Source: the human T2T-CHM13v2.0 reference genome, Homo sapiens
Reading direction: 5' to 3' (one strand)
Assembly: GCF_009914755.1 (NCBI RefSeq)
Contig: NC_060928.1
DNA: 64,000 nt
Positions 1 through 14,275 of this stretch are shown one piece after another (the first letter of the stretch is position 1; every line of letters begins with the position of its first letter). Both the position numbers and the translations under genes were made by a program. A model generated the notes under the pieces. That model ran no database searches and had not been told where the DNA came from. It saw only the letters and a list, made by a program, of their open reading frames with translations.

Positions 1-395
1 TATGACCTTTTTTTTTCTTGGAGCACTTACCTTAGAAAACTTATAATTGTAAATTCTTTCTCTGCCCCTTTGAAATGTAAATCTTGAAAAAAAAAAAACT
101 TGCCAATTTTACAACCCAGGGCTGTCAAGAACCTGGGAGTCATCCCTTTGAAATGTAATTATCAAGCAAGATAGTGCCCCTGTCTCCCAGGCTGTGCGGT
201 TGAGTAGGAGTCTAACTTTTTCTGTAGTTATAACAGAGATGGCCTTTGATCTTCCCTTTCTGCACTCTAGCTTTTTAAAATTCTTGCCCTTTGTTTCAGT
301 GGCGTTGAGTGCAGACAGCTGTGGCCTCTCTCCACTATTGCAATAGCTTGAAAAAGTCTTCCCTGCCTAACTTTGGAGCAACTTTTGCTTTCACA
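1..395 (+). mobile_element. 3' part of an ERV1-class LTR (MER34/MER39-like, subfamily uncertain)
   Basis: ctattgcaatagcttgaaaaagtcttccctgcc (decayed polyA region) and a ...ttttgctttcaca terminus resemble MER4-group LTR ends; runs off the window start. Confidence 0.55.
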
Positions 396-1214
396 GTGCT
401 ATGAGATGAACAAGGATTTTTAAACATATTTTCTAAATCTCATAGTGTATAAGGATTAACAACTCAGATAACACAGCTACTTGCGTATAGACAATTTTGC
501 ACTAACGTGAATTACAGAAATTGATGAATAACAGTGTTTTGTTTGCTATTTCACATTAGCCTGTAGTCTGACACTTATCTTTAGTATGATTTTATGTTCT
601 AAATGTTTTAGTAATTTTCATTTAAATAAAAGAGACAACCTATGAAACATTGATTTAAATTTTTTTTCATTTTCTTTTCCCTAAATAAATACGCAGGTCT
701 TTATGCCTGCAGTAACATGTTTTAAAACCTTTCATCATGTGTACTCTCCCCCGGATATTTTATTATGAAGGTAATATTAAGTATCATCTTGAGGTGTATT
801 GTTTTAGTTTTCATATGAATTCTGTGTTCTGGAAATATTCATTTTGATTTAAAAGACTATTTAAAAACTCATAGTTACCTGTAATTTGACATCTATGGAG
901 AATAAGCATAAGTTAAGAGTTAATGTTGTATTTACTATTTTAGTCTATAGTCTTAAATCAACTTAAATATTAACATTTGAAAGCAAAACCTCTTTCATAT
1001 ATTATGAATCAAAACTAATTACCTTATTGCATGCTACCCTGTTAAACAGAGGTACAAATTAATTTGATAATTAAATTGTGAAATAAAATATCTAGAGAAA
1101 CTTTATAGACAAATTAGATAAAAGGCAGCCCTAACATGTAATCTTGACCATTTTTCCTGTAATTCTAAAATCAGATGGACCTCTCGGGCCAATTTTCCTA
1201 AACATTGAGGGGAG

Positions 1215-1216
<2 letters not shown>

Positions 1217-1265
<49 letters not shown>

Positions 1266-1308
1266 AGAGGGAGTCTCGCTCTGTCGCCCAGGCTGGAGTG
1301 CAGTGGCA
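1217..1308 (-). mobile_element. Severely 5'-truncated Alu (44 bp of 3' end plus a 48-nt pure poly(A))
   Basis: T48 at 1217-1264, then gagagggagtctcgctctgtcgcccaggctggagtgcagtggca; flanked by TSD tgaggggagaa at 1206-1216 and 1309-1319. Confidence 0.93.
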
Positions 1309-3339
1309 TGAGGGGAGAACATTTTTAATCCTTCTAGATACCCATGTCCCTATTATTTTTCAACTTTTGTTTCTCAAGAGTCTTTCTTAAGCTCAATTTG
1401 CTGCTATTTCCCCATATCCTCATATCACTGAAGCAAGAAAAAACTGGATGTCATTGTTTTAGCACTTAAAATTGCCTCTGAGCCTCTTTTCTCTTGGCTA
1501 ATGACTTTATAGTCTATTTTAGCAAAGAAAGAGAAAATGTAAAAATGAGAGAGTTATCATATTCCCTTATCATAAGATAGCAGTGGTAATATACACAGGA
1601 ATATTCTTTTCATGGTAAGGACCAAAATTGCCTCATCATATTCAAGACAAATGATAATAGACAGCATTTGAGTAATTTTTTCTTGAATATATTGAAATTT
1701 CAAAGAATATATAAATTCAAATCTATGGAATATTATCATAATGATATTATTTTAGTTCAGTAGTATTCTAAAAATGGATTATGGTTTCATTTCTACCTTT
1801 TTATTATTATCAAACATGTTTATTCTAATATATTCAGACAATTTTTGGAATATGGTTTTGAAACTCTATATCATTTCTCATAAATTTTATTTTACAATTA
1901 CTTTAACGTGTTAATGATATCTATTATTTTCTCTAGGAGCATTTTTTGTTAAATGCATTGTCAAAAATTTATGGATGCTTTTCTAAAAGTGTACTTTGTA
2001 AAAATTAAAAACTACCTGTACAGTTAACATTATCATTTATAAAAGTAATAAAAAGAAAAAGAAGTAAAATGCACATCATATCCAGATAAAGCTATGGTAT
2101 ACTTCCTAACATCTATCAACATGTGTGATACCATTAGAAGAAAATATATTCTATATTTTATGTAGAATTAAGGGAAAATTACTATTAAATAACTCATTGA
2201 ACAAATTAATTTAGCCTAATACTAAGTTTATTGATTTAAATGTTTCTTGGCAGTACACTGGTTTAAAAACTAAAAACTTTTTAGCTGCAATTTTTAAAGT
2301 AAATATTTGGTTAAAAATAAAGTATGAAGTATGCAATTAAATGAAAAAATGGCTGTATTCTTTGTGAAAAATATCCCTGATATAGAGTTTTAAATCAGAA
2401 AAATCCAAGGAATTTAAAGCCTCAGAAGAACTTGCAACCCTAAGATATCAAAGTTCTTAAATTATTTTTGCTACTGAGTTTATGATGCTCATTTATTTTC
2501 ATAAAATGCTCTAATGCTCAACAGAAAACATGAAGTGCCTTAAGAACAAACCGGAGGGAACTGATATAGAACGCTGGGTTGTTGGCTTTGGACAAGAATA
2601 TGCAAGGGATGGGAAGCAAATAAAGAGAAAGCAGTATCATAGCAAACAGGAGAAAGAGAGATGGGTATAAATGCCAGTGAGGGACTGTGCACTACAGAAA
2701 TAAATTTAAATTGATATTCATGTGTTAGCCTTGAGAAGTTTTTATCCTAAAAATATTTTTAGACATAATCATATGTAGTTCTGAAAATAACTGAACAATT
2801 CACTTTGATGAATGCAAATTTTTGAAATGTTTTGGATTTTTCCCTTAACCATAACTCTAAAACTAAGAAACTATGCATGCCTTATAAAACATGAGAAAAT
2901 TATATGATTATTGATAATTATCTGACAAATATTTTCAATTAGGAAAATAACAAAAATTTATTTGAAATAAAAGCTAAACTTAAACTGATCAACAATTTAA
3001 AAGATTATTTTTGATTCAATATGTAACACTTTGTTTATCTTTTCATATTAAAATATATATTTTAAACTCCAAATAAAAGTTAGCTTAGAATTTTAGGACC
3101 AGAAGTAACATGGAATTTTAGAGCCAGAAGTCCTCTCCTTTGTCATCTAGATAAGTGACAGATTTTCTGTATAAGTGATGTTAGAAATATCAAGCCACCA
3201 ACCCAAGTTAATACAATACACTAATAGCAGAGGTAGGACTAAAATCAAGATATTTCTTATCCTTTAAAGATTCATATTTTTTCAATGTTCCATAATATCT
3301 CGTATCCAAGTCCAGGAATTATATTTCAGGTGTAGAATC

Positions 3340-4222
3340 AATTTTACGGTTGTGAAAATCAAGACCAATAAAAGTATTTTAATTTCATCAGTGCACAACC
3401 CAACTTCACCTCTGGCCCGGGTTATGGAAATAGTCTCATAACTTGTCTCCTTGCTCATCAAACACCACACGGCACAATCTGTCCTGAATTCAGCACACAA
3501 AAACTGATCTTTTCCAAATATAAATCAGATCACATCTGTCATCTTCTTGGAATTCTCCAACGTTCTCATCACATTTGGAATAAAATATAAACTTCATGTC
3601 ATAGCCTACGAAGTGCTATATAATCTGGTCTTTGCCTAACTCTGTGACCTCACCTACCGTAAGTGCAGCATCAGAGAACACTGATGTAGCTCCCACCCTG
3701 TTCCGAGGCCTTCAGATGTATTAATTGTTCCATACTCCTGTTAATTCTATAAGACAAGAATGCTATTAGTCCCAACTAACAGATTAAACAAGAGAGTTCA
3801 GAGGGGCTAAATAAATTGCCCGGCATTATGTAATAGCGGAGCCAGGATTTAACTGAAGCCTTCTGGCTCCAGGCAGTGCTCTTAATGCCGTGCTAAACTC
3901 TAGCTCTTTTCTTTGCTTCTCTTGCTGCAACGAGTGTCTCTGATTTCTTCAGTACTCAAAATGACTCTCATCTGGGCTTTTTGGATGGTTTTTCGCCTTG
4001 CCTATAATGCTATTCTCCAAGACTTCACATGCCTTGGTTTTACACAGTTTTCAAATGTACGTTCGAATATTATTTTTTTTACCATAGATTTTATCACCTA
4101 AATATTCTGTGTCTCTGGCAACCCATACACTACTGCTAACCTGGGTCCTAATTACTAATTCACTAATGCTTTGCTTTGATTTTTTTCTTTCTTTTAGCCC
4201 TTAGTATTTCCTGAAATTGAAT
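3340..4222 (+). mobile_element. Degenerate L2 fragments with an intervening MIR (~3690-3895)
   Basis: L2-like ctgatctttt...aaatcagatcacatc...gaataaaat; MIR-like agagttcagaggggctaaataaattgccc...ggagccaggattt. Confidence 0.5.
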
Positions 4223-4224
4223 TA

Positions 4225-5478
4225 CAGTCATGTGCAGCATAACATTTTGGCAAATGTTGGACCACATATACCATGATAATCCCATAAAGTTATAATAACA
4301 TGTTTTCAATGTGTTTTTTCTATTTAGATATGTTTAAATACACAAACATATACATTGTCTTACAATTGCCTGCAGTATTCAGTGCAGTAACCTGCCATTG
4401 GCTGTATCATATACCCTAGATGTGTAGCAGGAGCCATTGGCTGTATCATATACCCTAGATGTGTAGTAGGAGCCATTGGCTATATCATATACCCTAGATG
4501 TGTAGCAGGAGCCATTGGCTGTATCATATACCCTAGATGTGTAGTAGGAGCCATTGGCTATATCATATACCCTAGATGTGTAGTAGGAGCCATTGGCTAT
4601 ATCATATACCCTAGATGTGTAGTAGGAGCCATTGGCTATATCATATACCCTAGGTGTGTAGCAGGAGCCATTGGCTATATCATATACCCTAGATGTGTAG
4701 CAGGAGCCATTGGCTATATCATATACCCTAGATGTGTAGCAGGAGCCATTGGCTATATCATATACCCTAGATGTGTAGCAGGAGCCATTGGCTGTATCAT
4801 ATACCTTAGATGTGTAGCAGGAGCCATTGGCTGTATCATATACCCTAGATGTGTAGTAGGAGCCATTGGCTATACCATATACTCTAGATGTGTAGTAGGA
4901 GCCACTGGCTATATCATATACCCTAGGTGTGTAGTAGGAGCCATTGGCTATATCATATACCCTAGATGTGTAGTAGGAACCATTGGCTATATCATATACC
5001 CTAGGTGTGTAGTAGGAGCCATTGGCTATATCATATACCCTAGATGTGTAGTAGGAGCCATTGGCTATATCATATACCCTAGGTGTGTAGTAGGAGCAAT
5101 TGGCTACATCGTATACCCTAGATGTGTAGCAGGAGCAATTGGCTATATCATATACCTTAGATGTGTAGCAGGAGCCATTGGCAGTATCATATACCCTAGA
5201 TGTGTAGTAGGAGCCATTGGCTATATCATATACCCTAGGTGTGTAGTAGGAGCAATTGGCTATATCATATACCCTAGGTATGTAGTAGGAGCCATTGGCT
5301 GTATCATATACCCTAGGTGTGTAGTAGGAGCCATTGGCTATATCATATACCCTAAGTGTGTAGTAGGCTATACCATGTAGGTTTGTGTAAGTGCATTCTA
5401 GGATGTTCACACAAAGACAAAATCAACTAACAACACATTTTTCAGAACACATCCCTGTCACTAAGTGACACAAGACTC
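4225..5478 (+). mobile_element. Tigger3a (Golem_A/MER7A) non-autonomous DNA transposon, expanded by an internal VNTR
   Basis: TA|cagtcatgtg... start and ...cacaagactc|TA end (imperfect TIRs, TA TSD); body matches recalled Tigger3a (ttttctatttagatatgtttaaatacacaaa; aggtttgtgtaagtgcattcta). Confidence 0.88.
4394..5367. repeat. 39-bp minisatellite, ~25 copies
   Basis: Unit aggagccattggctatatcatataccctagatgtgtagt; 974 bp / 39 = 25; substitution variants only, no indels (minus-strand frame stays open). Confidence 0.97.
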
Positions 5479-6831
5479 TATTTGTTTCCTCCTTTATACA
5501 ATTATTCTTTATAACCCTTACTGCAATGTATTTTAAGGAGAGTAAAGATTTTCTTTTCCAATTCATTATGTATTTCTTATGTCTAAAACTGTTATAAGAG
5601 ATACTGAATAAATATATTTGAATTAATTTATTTTCTTATATTTCAGAACAACTTCTGAAAAAACATTTTAGATGCTTTAAAAATTGACATAGGATAATGC
5701 AGAATTATTATTTTGGAATTGTATAATGCTTTATTGTAATTATATTTGTCCATTCACCCATAGCTAATTAATTATTGGCTTATCATAAAATTTAATTTAC
5801 TGTCTAGATTTTCAGAAAATTAGCCCTATGTTCCTTCACGCTATGTTGTTTTCTAGTTTTACTCATAGACGCCATACAAAAAATAACAACATACAGATAA
5901 AAGAGTGTTTCTGTTATTAATACAGGATTGTTTTGTCCTAAACATGATACTTTTTTAGAAGGGACTTCATATGCATTTATTATTGATTTAGTATAGATAG
6001 AAAAACTGTTAAAAATGAAATAATTTCAACATTTGATTACAGTTAGGGAATTGAATATGGGAAGAATGAAAAACATACAAAAAATAAATAGCGTGTTTTT
6101 CAGTACTCTGAGTCTTAAATATAGAAACTCAATAGGTCTAATGAAACCTTGTATTACAGTGTAACAGATTATCCTGGAGCTTTGAGACTACGGAAGAGAA
6201 AATAAAATCTATGAAGAGTTTCTCTGTTTGAAAACACCATCTGTGATTTGAAATTGCATTTCAGCACCATAGCTTAAGGTTCTATCATTTTAGTATATTT
6301 ATAGATTCAGTATCTATAAACCAACATATCAAGGATAGATAATAAGTAAACTGAAATTACTCTAAAACAGGAAGGTAAATATAATCTTACTGTTCTCACT
6401 GTGACTTTGTGAAATGGAAATCAAGATTGGAAAATGGCAATGTGCTACAGGTATTCCATAATCAAAAGAAATATACTTCTGAAGAGGAAAGGCAGAGTAC
6501 AAAATGTAGTTCTTGAAAGCACATAGTTTCATGGAAATGTATGAATGTGAAGGTAGAAGTTTACTGAAAACCAAAGAAGAATAAGACTGAAATGATATCA
6601 GTAAGGAAACATACTATGTACATTCACATAGTGAAAAAGATGGTTTTGATAGAACACAATATTTTATGAAAGTACTTCAAATAGCCAGCTCTATCCAGTA
6701 TTCATTTGCTTAAAATATAGTGTCCAAGAAACTCCCGAATTATTTGGTTCATAAATTCTTCTCTAATAAACCAAAATAACAAGTTGGGGTAACTTCTACT
6801 TTATACATTATTCTGTCCTAACAAAAAAGGA

Positions 6832-6833
<2 letters not shown>

Positions 6834-6887
<54 letters not shown>
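6834..6887. repeat. (GT)n microsatellite
   Basis: About 21 perfect GT units followed by an imperfect tail. Confidence 0.95.
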
Positions 6888-6888
<1 letters not shown>

Positions 6889-7169
6889 GTGGAAGTGACA
6901 GGCCCCTTGGAAAAATGCAGCATTATCAGGTTATAGTTTTGGAAAATCATAGATGAAAACAGTAGACATTTTAAGACATATACCCTATATAATGCTCAGC
7001 AAATTTTTTTAAAGGAAGAGGATGATTGAAAAGTTCAGAAAAAAGACTGCTGTTAAGCATTCCTCAAATTGGATTCTACAGTACACACATTTATGAGAAA
7101 ATTTCAGAAAACAACATATAGTTTCTTCCTCTCACAAACTGCATTATATCATTAGCTAGTAGATGGTCA

Positions 7170-7668
7170 TTCTAGTATCTACAGTTAGATAATAAACCAC
7201 TACAAAATCCAAAGATTATAACAATGACATTTACTTTGCTTGTGAATCTTCATGAAAGGTTTGATAGGGCTTACTTGGCATCAGCTGGGGCTGGGCAAAG
7301 GCTGGATGCTGGAATCACCTGCACCTTCAATTGACTGTATTTCTTATAGTTCATCTGTTTGTCAGCTGCTACCTCAGCTTGAGGTGCTGCCAGAACACCA
7401 ACATATGGACTTTCTATGTGGCTGCTTGGCCTTTGCACAGCATGGTGGTTGTATTTCAAGAATAAGCATCCTGCTAGTAGAAAGGGAGCTGGAGGAAGCT
7501 GCGTGGCCTTTTTATGACTTAGCACAGTCTCGACAGCAGCACTTCCACCTACTAGCACTGGTTAAAATCGAGTTGCTAAGACCATCCTGTATTCAATGGG
7601 GAGAGAATTGGACTCCTTTTGGTAAAAAGACTACCAAAGAATATGAGATGTGCTTTGAAGCTATCACA
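7170..7668 (-). mobile_element. Old MaLR LTR (MLT1 family)
   Basis: ataaaccactacaaaat...acatttactttgcttgtgaatct...tcagctggggctggg...cttggcctttgcacagcatggtgg...ggagagaattggactcc are typical of reverse-oriented MLT1. Confidence 0.6.
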
Positions 7669-8537
7669 GACACTCTGAAATTTTTAAAACAGGGCAATCT
7701 TTTTTGCATTATCTGATTATTTTGCCAGTAGTATTTTTATCAGATAATGTTTATTAATATCTTATAAGGATATTATTTTAGAAAAATGAGAGAAGTTATT
7801 CTAAAGGAAAAAATACTTCCTGCAAGAACATAGCATTAGTCTGAGTTTCCTTGAGTAGTGACTTAATGAATGAGATTAGAGTAGCCTGAAATGCATTCCC
7901 AGGAAAAGGTTAGTCACACCAAAACTTAAAATACCTTACCACTCTAATAACAAACAAACAACCTTCATCTTTTCCTTTTACCCTTTTACGTTGGTACTCC
8001 TTCATCTTTATGCAGTTAGCAAACCTTTAATAAGGTTCAGCAACAGGAACACACACACACCAGGAGCACTGTGATCTTTAAACAGAAAATGACATTTATT
8101 GGGTAAAACTGATAACCAGAGAAGCTTTAAATCACTCATAGGTCTTCCATTCTTTCATTATTCCATAAATAGATATATTTAGGTATAATCTGTCTAGATT
8201 GAACACACCATGCAAAGGACGACAGAAGAGATAAATTGCACTGGTAACATTTCATATCGTTATAGAAAAAGAAAAAAAGGCACATATACATTTATATGTC
8301 ACTAGTTGTTAAATATTTTAAAATGTAATAAATAGGATAGGATGCTTACCACAAAGTGCTTATCAACTCTCGCAGGCAGAGGAAGTTGCTTCCTCTTTTG
8401 TACTTCAATTGTATGTTGAATAAATTTCCCATATCTTCAGAGACTTTTCCTTATCCACTCTTATTCCTATCTTTATCTTCAAATTCTATACTGGCTTTAA
8501 AATAAACCTAAATGTATTTCAAGACTATCATTTCTTT

Positions 8538-9793
<1,256 letters not shown>

Positions 9794-11086
9794 TATCATT
9801 TCTTTAATAAAAGAAATATCGAAAATACACATTTCCTGCTTCCCATTAGGCCCATTGTGTTTAAAAAGAAATGCATATTTTGTGGCTCTATGTCCTTTTG
9901 TTAGATTCACTACAATCTTAAATTTTAATTCACTGCCCCATTGGAACTCCTCCTTTTGGTCACTAAAAATGTCCTACTTGGGAAATGCAGTGTCAGCTTT
10001 TAAGGTTTTTATCACCTGTCTTTTCTGTTACATTAGACACTTTCCTTCTTCTTTCCTGTGCTCTATTAATATTTAGCTATCTCTAATCTCCCAATCTAAA
10101 CATAGTATCTCCAAAATCTGTGCCATTTCCACATTTAATGTTTTATGAAATTATATTTTCATGCTCCCATTTTTTCCAGGAATAGCTCCTGAAAACTAGA
10201 AGTCTTTCTTAATACCTCCTTTCTCTTACCATTTCCTACCAGTTCCCATGTATGATCAATTCTTCATCTATGCTCTCTCTTAAATTGTTTTTCTCATTGC
10301 TACCTCTTTATGAAGTAGAAAATCACTATTCCCTGGATTATTACAACTATTTCCCAAATCACCCATTTTTCTATGTAGCTCCCTCTAAACTATTTATCCC
10401 ACTGCTACTAGAGTAAAAATATGTATTTGTTTAAAATCACCTACCTTCTGTAGCTACACTGATCACTCTACAGTTTCTAGAACTCCACAATCCCCTTTTC
10501 TTCTATGCTATTTTGCATGCTGCTTCATCTACTTGTATCACTTTTTATCCTCTTCTTAGCTTGATAAAATCTCTGTCCTTGATGACCTGGCTTAGAAGTG
10601 ACATTCCCTGAGAATTATTCCTTACACCACTCCCTTCTCTCTTGCTATGATACACTAAGAATATCCTTCCATCTTATCTTGAGATATTTCAGTTATTTTA
10701 TAGATTCCTTGAAACAGAATGGTTTTTTACTTTTCCAATCATAGAACTTGTATCATAGTCCACACATTAAATATACCTGCCATATTTCAGTGTAATTATT
10801 TTCTCACGACTCTGCCTCTATTAATAAAATGTAATGTATAAGGATCATGTTTTATTTGTTTCTTTGTTTATAGTCCTGGTGCCTGAAACATAGTATGTAC
10901 CTTATAAACATATGTTGAATGAAACAAGTAGAGAGGCAACATCTTGGAGACTACCCAGTTCTAAAGATAATGCCATTAACAACATTTCTTAAAATCCAAA
11001 TGTTGATAGATAAAATCAAGAGGGAGTTAGCATACAATTAGCTCTATAAACATGCTAAACAGTGTTCTTTTTCTTTTTTTCTTTTT

Positions 11087-11350
11087 AAAGATGGAGTCTT
11101 ACTTTGTTGCTCATGTTGCAGTGCAGGGGCTCAATCACACTACTGATCAGTGTGCGAATTTTGACCTAGTCTATTTCTGATCTGGGCCAATTCACTACTC
11201 CTTATGCAACCTGGTGGTCTCCTGCTCCCAGGAGGACATTATATTGATGCCAAGGACAACCTGATGAGCACAGGGCACTACAGCCCAGAACTTCTCCATT
11301 CAAGTGATCCTCCCACCTCAGCCTCCCAAGTAGCTTGGACTACAGGTACA
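11087..11350 (-). pseudogene. 7SL (SRP) RNA processed pseudogene
   Basis: Contains 7SL S-domain sequence absent from Alu (cactactgatcag...ttttgacct...ctgggccaattcac...gcaacctggtggtctcctgctcccaggagg...atattgatgcc) between Alu-domain halves; T-rich tail at 11068-11086. Confidence 0.92.
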
Positions 11351-12004
11351 AAACATGTGCTTGTAGTTCTTCGAGAAAATATCAATTATTTTTATTTCTA
11401 AGTACACCTTGTCTTGTTGCTTAACTTTTTAAATATTGCTTTTGAAGTTCCACAGTGGATTTATGGAAATTGCAAGAAATGTATGGTCTGGTTTTCGCTC
11501 ACTTAAGAAATCTCTTTGTAATGCTGTGTCAAAAAGAATGAAAGAGAGCAAACAAGTCAATGTAAATTGAATAAATTTTAGAAAAAGTAAAGCAGAATTG
11601 CTGTATTTCCACTTAGGAATATTTGCTTGTAAAACTACTGTAGATAAACATACTTATAGCAATAAATAAAATGCTTAAACTAAAGCTTGCTAGCATGTTT
11701 TAAGCACCACAATGAACACACTATTTCACAACTTAGAATAGGTCTGTTAATAAAAACATTTTCTATTATTAAAATGGCATACCATTTTATTAAAAAAGGT
11801 GTTTTATATTGTTGCCCACATAGAAAGAAAGAAAGCGTAAATCTTTCAAATGGAACTCTTGAGTTCCATAGTGGTTGCCTTAATCTCGTATCTCTATGCT
11901 CCAAATCAACATTTAATAAATCTGAAAATTTATTATAGCTTTACAAAATAAATTCCTATCACACCTAAAATCTGGTACAAACTTAAGAGCACAAAACAGA
12001 AAAA

Positions 12005-13110
12005 TCAGTCCAAGAGGGCAGAGCTTTTCCTGTGTTGTATTTCCAAATATGTCCCCACAGCCTGGAACAGTGCATGGCAGATACTACGCACACAATAAAC
12101 ATTTATGGAATTGAAAATGCTTGTTTGAATAGAAAGTAATATTTAAATTGGGAACCATCTAATCACCATTGTCAAGGAGGAAATATAGCTATATATGTGG
12201 ATTATGCATTTCCCTTCCTATTATCTCTAAAATGCTCATATTTCCATTGATACCATATTTACATTCATCCAGAGGAAAGTAAATGTGGGACTTTTGTTAC
12301 GTAAATTCATTCATAGGGACTGTGAAATGGGCCACATTATCAGTCTGTCACAAGAGGGACTGAGAAGATACACTTAATAAATAACACTTAATTTTTAATA
12401 ACAAAAAAAATTTTCTCAGACATCATAGATTTTTTTTCTCACTCACAAAGAGATGTGATGTAAGTGAATATTTGCAAAGAATGAGACTTAGTTAATTAGT
12501 TAGCTACAAATACATATGCTCATGTCATATTAGTGATGCCCTGCCTCTATTTGAGATTTGGAAAGCTCATTCTGATAAAAATTAATGGGATCTAAGGATA
12601 GCCCTTCATTGTGCACAAAGCATGCTATTATTGTGTCTATATTTACTCCTTTGTGTCCTTAGCTGTGAATATGCATTCCTAAAACAAGAACATCAGAAGC
12701 AATGGCTTCCCTTGGTACACTAGACTTCCAGTTCTGTGAAAGCCCCGAGCATGCAGCTCTGCAGCCCTTTGCCTTAACTCTTCCTTCTGGAATGTCTTTT
12801 TCTTTTAATATTCATTCGGCCAGCCCCCTTTATTTAGAGTCAAATGTCAGATCCTTGAAGAGCCTTTTGCTAACTAACAAATCCCTCCCCTTCCAGTGCT
12901 TCATTTTTCTGCACAGCACTAATTGCTAACTGCTATGCCTACATAAATATATATGTATTCATGTGTTTCTTTTACTCTGTAACATTAGAATGTGAGCTCC
13001 AGGAAGGTAGAAACTATTTCTGTTATTTTTTTATTGCTATATCCTGCATAGTTACTAGCACATAGTAGATGCTTAACACATATTTTAAAAATAAGATAAT
13101 AAATGAATAG
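12005..13110 (+). mobile_element. L2 3'-end fragments (~12005-12130 and ~12720-13110)
   Basis: cagcctggaacagtgcatggca...caataaacatttatggaattgaa; tagaatgtgagctccaggaaggtag...ctagcacatagtagatgcttaac. Confidence 0.55.
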
Positions 13111-13327
13111 GCAATGGAGTGAAGGTTTGCCTGTGGGGAAATTGGTGGGACATATTTTATTAATAAAGGAAATGGGTAAGTTTTCCTCAAGTTCAAAAGG
13201 ACTTTTAAGAAACAGCATTGTGTAAGATCCTATCCCAGCCAGAAGCAGATAACTGCCCAGTTTCTCTGTGTATCTTTACGGAGGTTACATGAAGTAGTAT
13301 GTCTTGAAAGGGTCCTTTCCAGGTAAG

Positions 13328-13947
13328 TGAGAAATAGCAATGAAATTGAAAGCCCCACAACTGACTGAATGGAACCCCTTTTGGCCAAGGGGACCCCAGA
13401 GTAAACTTGAAAACTGAGTTTTTGGTCAGGACAGACAGAAGGTCAGACACACCTTGCTTAGTTATACTCCCTACTTCCCTAACAGTCATTATTAAGCTCT
13501 CTTCCCTAAAGGCTATACAGAAACCAGCCCTTACAAAAAAACTCCACCAATGATATCAACCAACCGACTAACACTGCCCTCTCTTTTGCTGTTTGGACAC
13601 AACAATTGACCAACGTTTTTCCTGAGAAGAAACCACCAACCACAGAGTGGTTCTGGCCAGTCTACCTGGAACCCATGAAAGAGGATGAAGCTCCATCGCG
13701 CATGCGCACATTTCTCCCATTACAAATATTTGTGGCTCTTCTTATAGCTTATTTAGTATGCATAGTCAGCCCTACTGCTCAGCATAAATTCGTAATCCCC
13801 TTTCCTCTTCCTCAAACTGCTTTGCGCTTCTGACTGGAGGCTGTGCTCCCCAACACATCAGATTGGCCACCCTGCAGGCCGCAACCCTTTATGAGAAGTA
13901 AAAGTCTCCTTTCCAAATATATGAACCTTGTCATTCTTCAGTTGCCA
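13328..13947 (+). mobile_element. Solo ERV1 LTR, MER4 group
   Basis: TG...CA ends; aagccccacaactgactgaatggaaccccttttggccaaggggacccca and ctttccaaatatatgaaccttgtcattcttcagttg match recalled MER4-group LTRs. Confidence 0.7.
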
Positions 13948-14275
13948 TGAAGAACTGTGAATAATTTATCCAAAAGCCCCCTGCCAAAACCTGTCTTCCA
14001 TTGGTCAATGTTCCCATTGGGCATCGCTATACTACAGCTTTGTGCTTTGTATCAAAACCTCTCCAGATTATCACCGGGAAATGTAGATTCTCTGTGAGTC
14101 TACTCTGGCCAATGCTAACTGCCATGGTCTCACCTTGTCAATTAGCACCACAAATATGAGGTTTCGCTACCTGTAGCAATAATGGTGGCAGCAGCAGTGA
14201 CATGGTTGGTTGGCCGTGTTGAACTTGCTCAGAAATAATAACACAAAATGTTTAGGTTCTTATTAGGTTTAGATT

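Noticed and set aside
1103-1390. Poly-K / poly-F ORFs
   Set aside because: Translation of the Alu poly(A) tail
4394-5367. CRISPR-like regular array
   Set aside because: Units are head-to-tail with no unique spacers; primate DNA with no cas genes
4379-5410. 343-aa ORF of 13-aa repeats (ANGSYYTSRVYDI), solenoid-like
   Set aside because: By-product of a stop-free 39-bp (3n) VNTR unit inside a transposon; GTG start, and variants are mostly non-synonymous; no sign of coding constraint
7252-7716. 154-aa ORF
   Set aside because: Lies within a decayed MLT1 LTR; no recognisable protein features
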